Under the pieces are notes generated by a model. That model searched no databases and was not told the origin of the DNA. It was given only the letters and a program-made list of their open reading frames with translations. Below, piece by piece: positions 49,111 through 56,011 of a stretch of DNA of 56,011 nt. Position numbers and translations under genes: made by a program. The DNA comes from Octopus bimaculoides (lineage: Eukaryota): contig NC_068981.1 in assembly GCF_001194135.2 (NCBI RefSeq), positions 45,577,537-45,633,547 on the forward strand. The letters are read 5' to 3'. Each line of letters starts with the position of its first letter. The first letter of the stretch is position 1.

Positions 49111-49277
49111 GACGTAGGAGTGGCTAGGGGGTAAGTAGCTTGTATACCAGCCACATTGTTCCGCGTTCAGTCCCATTGCTTGGCACCTTGAGCAAGTGTC
49201 GTCTACCATAGCCTCGGGTCAACCAAAGCCTTGTGAGTGGATTTGGTAGACGGAATTTGAAAGATGCTGCCGTATAC

Positions 49278-49326
<49 letters not shown>

Positions 49327-49570
49327 TGTGCGCGCGCGCGTGTGTGTATGTGTGTGTGCACGCGTGTGTGTTTGCATGTCTGTGTTTATCCCCCACCATC
49401 GCTTGACAACCGATGCTGGCGTGTTTACGTACCCCTAACTTAGCGGTTCGGCAATAGAACCCGATAGAATAAGTACTAAACTTACAAAGAATAATCCTGG
49501 AGTCTATTTGATCGACTAAAGACGCTGCTCCATCTTGGCCGTGGTGAAATGACTGAAGCAAATAGAAGAA
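49111..49570 (+). mobile_element. SINE family A, essentially full length
   Basis: tRNA-like head (gtaggagtggct...gtaagtagcttg...gcgttcagtcccattg), internal (TA)/(TG) tract, and a 3' half matching 195-400 and 11040-11182. Confidence 0.9.
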
Positions 49571-50664
49571 CACTCAATAAAAGTATATAATCTAAATAAT
49601 AAACAACTTTCTTTTTTATAGTATAAATCATTACTTTTCTCATTGATGTATAAACAATGTATGTTCATTGACAAGTTTGCGCCAAACAAAATCCTAAAAT
49701 ATATACACAGTCTAACGCATCGTTTTAGCAAGTAGATGCATTAGAAAGTATAAACAAAGAAAAATAGTGAATCCATTATTGAATCCTACTGATTAAATGA
49801 CGCATTGAACAACTTCATCCTTTCTTCGTTCAAGTAGAATTTAGATACGTATGTGGAAATTCTATTTTTTTTAAATGGCGGTGAATGGATAACTACATAT
49901 AAGTACAACTGATATTTCAATTCCAAGATTTAGAAAACATGCTAGATCAAGTAGCGGGTGCTAAGTCTAAGCATATGCAGAAGGAAAGGGTATTATTTTT
50001 TTCTCATGTTGCGTAATAGCGTATTTTTCTCGCGTCTACGATTATAATTCGGAAATTAAAATTGAAGGTTCTAGAATTTGTGAAGCTATTTCCAGCAAGC
50101 ATATCAGTAAAAATATTTTGTCCGTATTAAGAAATTTAATCCAACGGCCACCACATAATACACATTCATCTATCTTTTTACATTTGTTGCGTATTCTTAA
50201 ATATTAGGATGAACAAGTAAAGTGGTTGTAATTAAAAGACATCAACTGATCAGTGTTGAACTTGTATCAATTGATTCATAAATTATATCTGTTAAGGATC
50301 TTTCTATATTTGTGTGAACGCGTGAAATTCTTATCAACCAACCGCAGAAAAATATTGCCTACGCCTGCCCGGACGTTTAGGGACAAGGAAGGGAGCGAAC
50401 CATAAGGTCTTGCAGCGGGGTTTTCTCTTATGGTTACTCGATCCCGGTGTACATACAATATGGTCGTTGAACCCACTGGCTGCTAGCTCCTCATTGTAAG
50501 CGTAAGCCGCTGCGTCGAAAATATCTTTATTATAAGTTAAGATTGAAATCCGTTTTCTTCCTTCAAGATAATGCTCGGTTACATTCCAGGTGCAAGCCCA
50601 TTGTCATTCATGAACGAAGGGAGTCTCCCATATGTATGTACATATATGTTTGTATATATGCATA

Positions 50665-50674
50665 NNNNNNNNNN
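50665..50674. other. Assembly gap (10 N)
   Basis: N bases. Confidence 1.
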
Positions 50675-51545
50675 TATATATGGGGTTGGGGTGTTTGTGT
50701 GTGTATATATTAGTTATATTATATAATATTATATACATATACTTACAGACAGGCAGGCATACAGACATACAACCACACACACACTTATAGATACACACAT
50801 GCACACATACAGACAACGAGAAAGACAGGCTGGAGTGAGATAGAGAAGTTATGCAGAGGCAATGAGTTATGATACCGTGTTTTCGAAACTATGTACAGTA
50901 TTTCAGTATGATTGCTTTAATTACAAATTAGGTATGCAGTCCAGTTTAATGTCAATCAGAGTTACATGTATGTCAATATGAATGTGAATATTAAATAATT
51001 TGAGGACATTTGTGTGGCTAATTTAAGTAAACATGATACCCGATTTCTTCATAACTTCTAACGTCTTTGAAGAATTTGGTATTACTCTAAATGAATTTAG
51101 TGAGCGAGTGTGGACTTAATGATATGCAAGAAAATGAGAAGCAACACATCACAAAAATAACACGCATTAGGAATCAAATATGTAAATATTATTCAGCATT
51201 CTGAAGAACACCGTCTTCAGGTGGAATTCTTGTTTTATTATCATTGTTATTGATGTTGTTAATTATTAATATTGTTATTAATAATGATTATTAATACTAA
51301 CTATACTTCTTATTTTTATATTCATTGATAATGCTATAATTATTGTCAAATTTCATATTCATTCCATTGTTTCTATGGTATCAATCATCGAGGAGTTTGA
51401 TTTGGACAATAAGTGCGAACGTCATGGAGACTGTGATGATATTTCAAAATGACGTTGTCGCCGTTCAAATTCACTACCGTAGACGAAGCTCTAGACAACA
51501 ATTATAGTAACAATAATGATGATGACAATATGGAGGTGAAGCGTA

Positions 51546-51700
<155 letters not shown>

Positions 51701-53764
51701 CCATAAGTCATCATTTTCATCATCATTAATGTAATCAAAAGCAACATCACTCTAAGCATCATTATCATTATAATCACCATAACGTATTCGGCGACAACAA
51801 TGTCACTGTTTCCTTCATGGCTAATTGCATTTGTAATGCCAATTTCCTAATGTCCGGTCGATCACTTATATTTGCCTAGTGTCAATGATAATGCATTTAA
51901 CGATTGCAAGTGATTTAGCTGTGTCCGTATATCTCTCATGATCTCCCTCCCTAAATCCGTGAAACAATCTTTCGAATTGTTTAATGGCTTAACAAGTCAC
52001 ATACTTTCTTCTTACACCATATTAGTGCTCATTATGTGATATTGAAGAAAAATTCCTCATGTCTCTAGTTGAGAGATACTTCGTTGTATGCTAAGAGTTA
52101 GTTTCGAAAGAATTTTCTAGATTAATATAACTTGTAATTCAATAGCCTTTGGCAAGACATTTTAGAAGAAAGGAAATTAAAACCAATTTATGATATTTCG
52201 TTATCGTAATCAATCTTAGAGGAGACAATGATCTATCGCTTATCTCGACAATAGTTTCGATTATAATTATATTAGTAAATTCATGTCGATTTTAATACAT
52301 CTCTCGAAGTTGGGAAATCTATTCATGGGATATTGCTAAATGACACGAAACTGTTCAGGTAGTTTTCAACACCAAACTATATTGTTGTACTTTACGTTTG
52401 TATCCTTTGATGGAAGAAAGAGAAAGGAAGAGACAGGGAGAAAAAGTGAGCAAAATGGACGTGAAGTAACAGGACGTGACTGTTCCGTTGCAGAAACTGT
52501 GCAGGAAGTACTTTCATTTCTCTTGCTGCCGAGTTAAAACCTTCCCCCGAGGTTTACGGCACCCTTGGTGGTTCGTCATTTGGAAGCTATTATTTTGCAT
52601 CTATTCAATATGCTCATGCGCTTATTACTTCTACGAAATATTTTAAATAAAATTTATGAGAATATATCCATAAACATCTTTGAATGAGACAGAGTGAGGA
52701 ACAAATCTAAGGCGGTCAGTGGATTAATTCACCAACTAATTTTGTTTTGTGTAGATGAATCAAATATACGGCTTTCAAAGAATATAGTAATAAGATGCAT
52801 GGATGGGGACAGCATTATGCCCCAGCGCAAATGTGAGGGTAATCAGCCAGTTTTACTAAAATACATAAAGCAAAATAAACATGTACAGTACATGCATCAA
52901 ATTAGCAAAGATAATATTTAAAAATATATAAATTTTGTAAGATAAAACCAAAACGTATGAATTTGAATTAAATTTTGCATCAGCGTATTTACGCATATTA
53001 ATCTAGTTTTCAAGAAAGGATATACATTTTTTAAGTATTCAAACAACATACCGACGCAGATAGATTATCGGAACATGTTTAATACAATATACTTACCTGC
53101 TTGTTTGATACTATGGATATTTGACACATCATCATGTGACATATATAACTGTAAAATTCTTTCAGTGAAATATCATTAGAGAGCAATGTTCAGAAAAATA
53201 AAATTATTATTTTTACGTTTTATATATATTACTATTCACGTAAGCCTGATGATAATTATGAGTGTGTATATCTCTATAAACCGGAAAATGTATATGCAAT
53301 TATACTTTCACACATATGAGTGTATATATGTGCGTATGTTTGTTTGTGTGATTCTGTATGTTTGTCTGTGCGTTTGTGTCCAAGTAAAGAGACAGATCGA
53401 CAGACAAATAGGCAGACAGACAGACAAACAGCAACTTAAGCATACAGATAAATAGTTAGATAGATAAGAGAGAGACAAAAACAAAAAGTGATTGAGGAAT
53501 TCTGGCCTATCTATCACTCTTGGAAACATCACTGTATAATTTTCTAGAATGAAATGTGTTATCGCAAAAGATAAATGACTTTTCAGTCGTCAAATCATTT
53601 CTGTATGATATATTTGATTGCGTTTTTCTAAAACTATTGTGACAGTTGTTGTGATAGAAATAGTGTTAGAAAAGGGATATGTAGAAAGAGTGCGGGTATT
53701 TCGCTCACATATTGTCTACTGTATCAGTGCAGTCTAAGCAATTTTTTGTACAACAGGCATTGAA

Positions 53765-53856
53765 CTACTACTAATACTACTACTACTACTATCATCACAA
53801 CCACCACTACCAACACCACCACCACTACTACTACTACTACCATGACCACCACCACA

Positions 53857-53906
<50 letters not shown>

Positions 53907-53910
53907 AACC
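53765..53910 (+). repeat. Degenerate (TAC)/(CAC) microsatellite
   Basis: Directly visible. Confidence 0.95.
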
Positions 53911-54049
53911 GCCTCCAATACCAACACTAACATTACCCCTACCATCTCTACTACTTCAATAATACCAATTCCCTCATGTATGTCCCTATAGCTAATAAAT
54001 AAAATAAATATAATAAAAAAAGGAAACAACAACAACAATAATAATAACG

Positions 54050-54235
54050 AATTCAAATTTTGGCACAAGGCCAGCAAAAGATTAGTCGATTACATAGACT
54101 CCAGTAATCAACTGGTACTTATTATATCGACCTCGACAGGATGAAAGGTGAAGACGACCTGGGCGGAATTCCAAGTAAGTACGTATGTACGGAAGAAACG
54201 CTGCTAAGTATTTTCACCTGTGTTCCTAGGGATAA
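54050..54235 (-). mobile_element. SINE family C
   Basis: aattcaaattttggcacaaggccagc...gtcgattacatagac...tggtacttattatatcgacc...ggatgaaaggtgaagacgacctgggcggaatt; shares segments with 33250-33350 and 45151-45220. Confidence 0.75.
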
Positions 54236-54264
54236 TAATAATGATAATAATAATAATAATAATA

Positions 54265-54329
<65 letters not shown>

Positions 54330-54378
54330 AAGAAGAAGAAGAAGAAGAAGAAGAAGAAGATGAAGAAGAAGAAGAAGA
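54232..54378 (+). repeat. (TAA)n/(GAA)n microsatellite
   Basis: Directly visible. Confidence 0.98.
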
Positions 54379-54544
54379 GGTCCAGTTTGTTGCGCTGAAG
54401 CACTTGATTTGACTGAATAAGGAAAATCTCACAAAATTTTACACATTTCCAGTTAAGTCACAGTTTGTACTTTTTGGCCGTACTTGGTGCTATCTTCCAA
54501 CCCCCCCCCCACTTTTAACACGATTTCTAATGCAGAAAATTTGT

Positions 54545-55320
54545 TTTTCATCATGTCGCCTCAACTTATGCTGGTTTTGGACAAACCTAAGAGAATCGTT
54601 CACAGTATGAGCATTAGTTACATCAATTCCATTGCAGATTCAGCACAATGGACTCACTTGTTCATTCCCAAGAGCGACCCGCAACTTTATAAGCAAAATT
54701 TGGTCTTACACTGCAATCATAACGTTCTCAGTTTCCTTTTGAAACGATCCTTTCTTTTACCAGTCCCACTTACATCCTCCATCAACTTCATGGAATTGAT
54801 TATGAAGTCCCTTGTTGGGTAGTTCTTCTCCAAGAACCTCTTGTACGTCATATTTTGTTATTTTCTTTCTCCCTTCTTTCAGTATGTTCCCTTCACTAGA
54901 AAGTTAACATATTCAATATGCACACTCTTCCACACGTATACCATTATTTCCTTCATGTCCTCTCTTTGTATATAGTTGATGAATGTCTGCACGTGAATGA
55001 TGAATTCCATGCATGCTTAGAAATTTACTTAGCTCATCCTCCGCCCACTTAAAAATTCCAGCTCCATACAAAAATCTTTAAACAGCGCGGGACTATATTG
55101 CCGATATTAAGTTTCTTGCATTTAGCTTTGATTCCTGTCTTTCTCGATCATCAAAATATTCTTTCTTCGTCTTAACTTTTCTATCATCATGCATAATTCT
55201 ATGCATCTAGTAATCTATTATTTTGATTTGTCTCATGTTCGGTCTTCTTCCTAGAAGGGTTTGTGTAACCTTCCATAGCCACAAATCTTAAGCTGTCTTT
55301 CAAGTGCTTAGAACCCGCTT
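54545..55320 (-). mobile_element. R4/Dong-like retrotransposon, RT C-terminus to zinc-finger remnant
   Basis: Minus translation KLNARNLISAI...YGAGIFKWAEDEL...MHGIHHSRADIHQLYTKR...GLHNQF...WDW*KKGSFQKETENVMIAV*DQIL...SPLC*ICNGIDVTNAH...RRHD is the R4/Dong pattern. Confidence 0.9.
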
Positions 55321-55321
55321 A

Positions 55322-55530
55322 ATTATTGTTGTTGTTATTTGAAAACTTACAGCTTGTTTTACTGGTTATGTGGAAAGTGTCAGCTATCCACAGCCAGCAG
55401 ATTAAGGTGACACATGTTTACTGGTCATGATTCAAGAACCCTGTGAATAACTCTTACAGTTCCAAGCAATACTGATTTTTGTAGGTGTTCTATCTACACA
55501 CACTTGCATCGATATTTTTCAGCCATGTTA
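55322..55530 (-). mobile_element. R4/Dong-like 3' terminus with short UTR and (A/C)AA-type tail
   Basis: Minus IEHLQKSVLLGTVRVIHRVLES*, then about 80 nt of UTR and an aataacaacaacaataat tail. Confidence 0.75.
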
Positions 55531-56011
55531 GTAGCTGAGTTTGAAATGAATTTTAATCATCCACAGACGGTAATAGAAGTTACGACTAATCACTGATAAC
55601 TAATCACTAATCCGTGCGCATTCATCATTATTGCCAACATTCATGCAGTCTCATCTTTTTGTAGATTCTACATCATAAGCTTTTTCAGTCTTTTGTTATC
55701 CACTCGTATATTTGGGGACTCAGGCTATTGCGTTGATGTCTAATGCAGGATAGCGCCTTTGGATTTTTATGGGTAGAGATGTCACTTTCAGTCATTTCTA
55801 TGTAGCTCAAGTGAACTTTGCTTATTTGAGCTTTTAACTCCATATCCAGTCACGTGGATTCTTCTTCTAATAACTGATTACCTCGCGGACGTCGTCTTTG
55901 GAAAAGATCTCGGCGTGTAATATTCAGATCATTTCAGCGCAACTGTTTTGTCTATTGAACAACACTGGAGCTCATCTGATGTGTTCTATATGCATGATAT
56001 ATATATATATA

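Noticed and set aside
55351-55440. Apparent minus-strand exon with good splice signals, and a plus-strand signal-peptide-like reading (LVLLVMWKVSAIHSQQIK)
   Set aside because: All three minus frames contain stops, and the segment is the ORF end and 3' UTR of an R4/Dong copy.

Overview
AT-rich eukaryotic genomic DNA from a gapped short-read assembly (9 N-gaps, most abutting microsatellites). It is most likely an octopod cephalopod (Octopus-type); this is inferred from recalled tRNA-derived SINE families and the extreme microsatellite density, not from a database search. I see no intact, confidently identifiable host protein-coding gene, no rRNA, tRNA or CRISPR, and nothing prokaryotic. Most long ORFs in the track are microsatellite or N-gap artefacts. 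What can be supported is a graveyard of mobile elements: several R4/Dong-type non-LTR fragments, most beside TAA-type repeats; CR1 and RTE fragments; Penelope RT and GIY-YIG fragments; Tc1/maT, pogo/Tigger and possibly hAT DNA-transposon remnants; and at least three SINE families. Three leads stand out. (1) A 986-bp insertion with a perfect 16-bp target-site duplication carries only a CCHC zinc-knuckle ORF1 plus a 3' end (HAL1-like non-autonomous retroelement) and sits in the tRNA-like head of a SINE. (2) A dispersed repeat, in 3 copies, carries a decayed minimal hammerhead-ribozyme motif of the Penelope type. (3) A possible chain of four small plus-strand exons leads to a 65-aa signal-peptide-like ORF at 36261-36458. 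Boundaries of decayed elements are approximate, and all protein similarities are from manual translation and motif recall.
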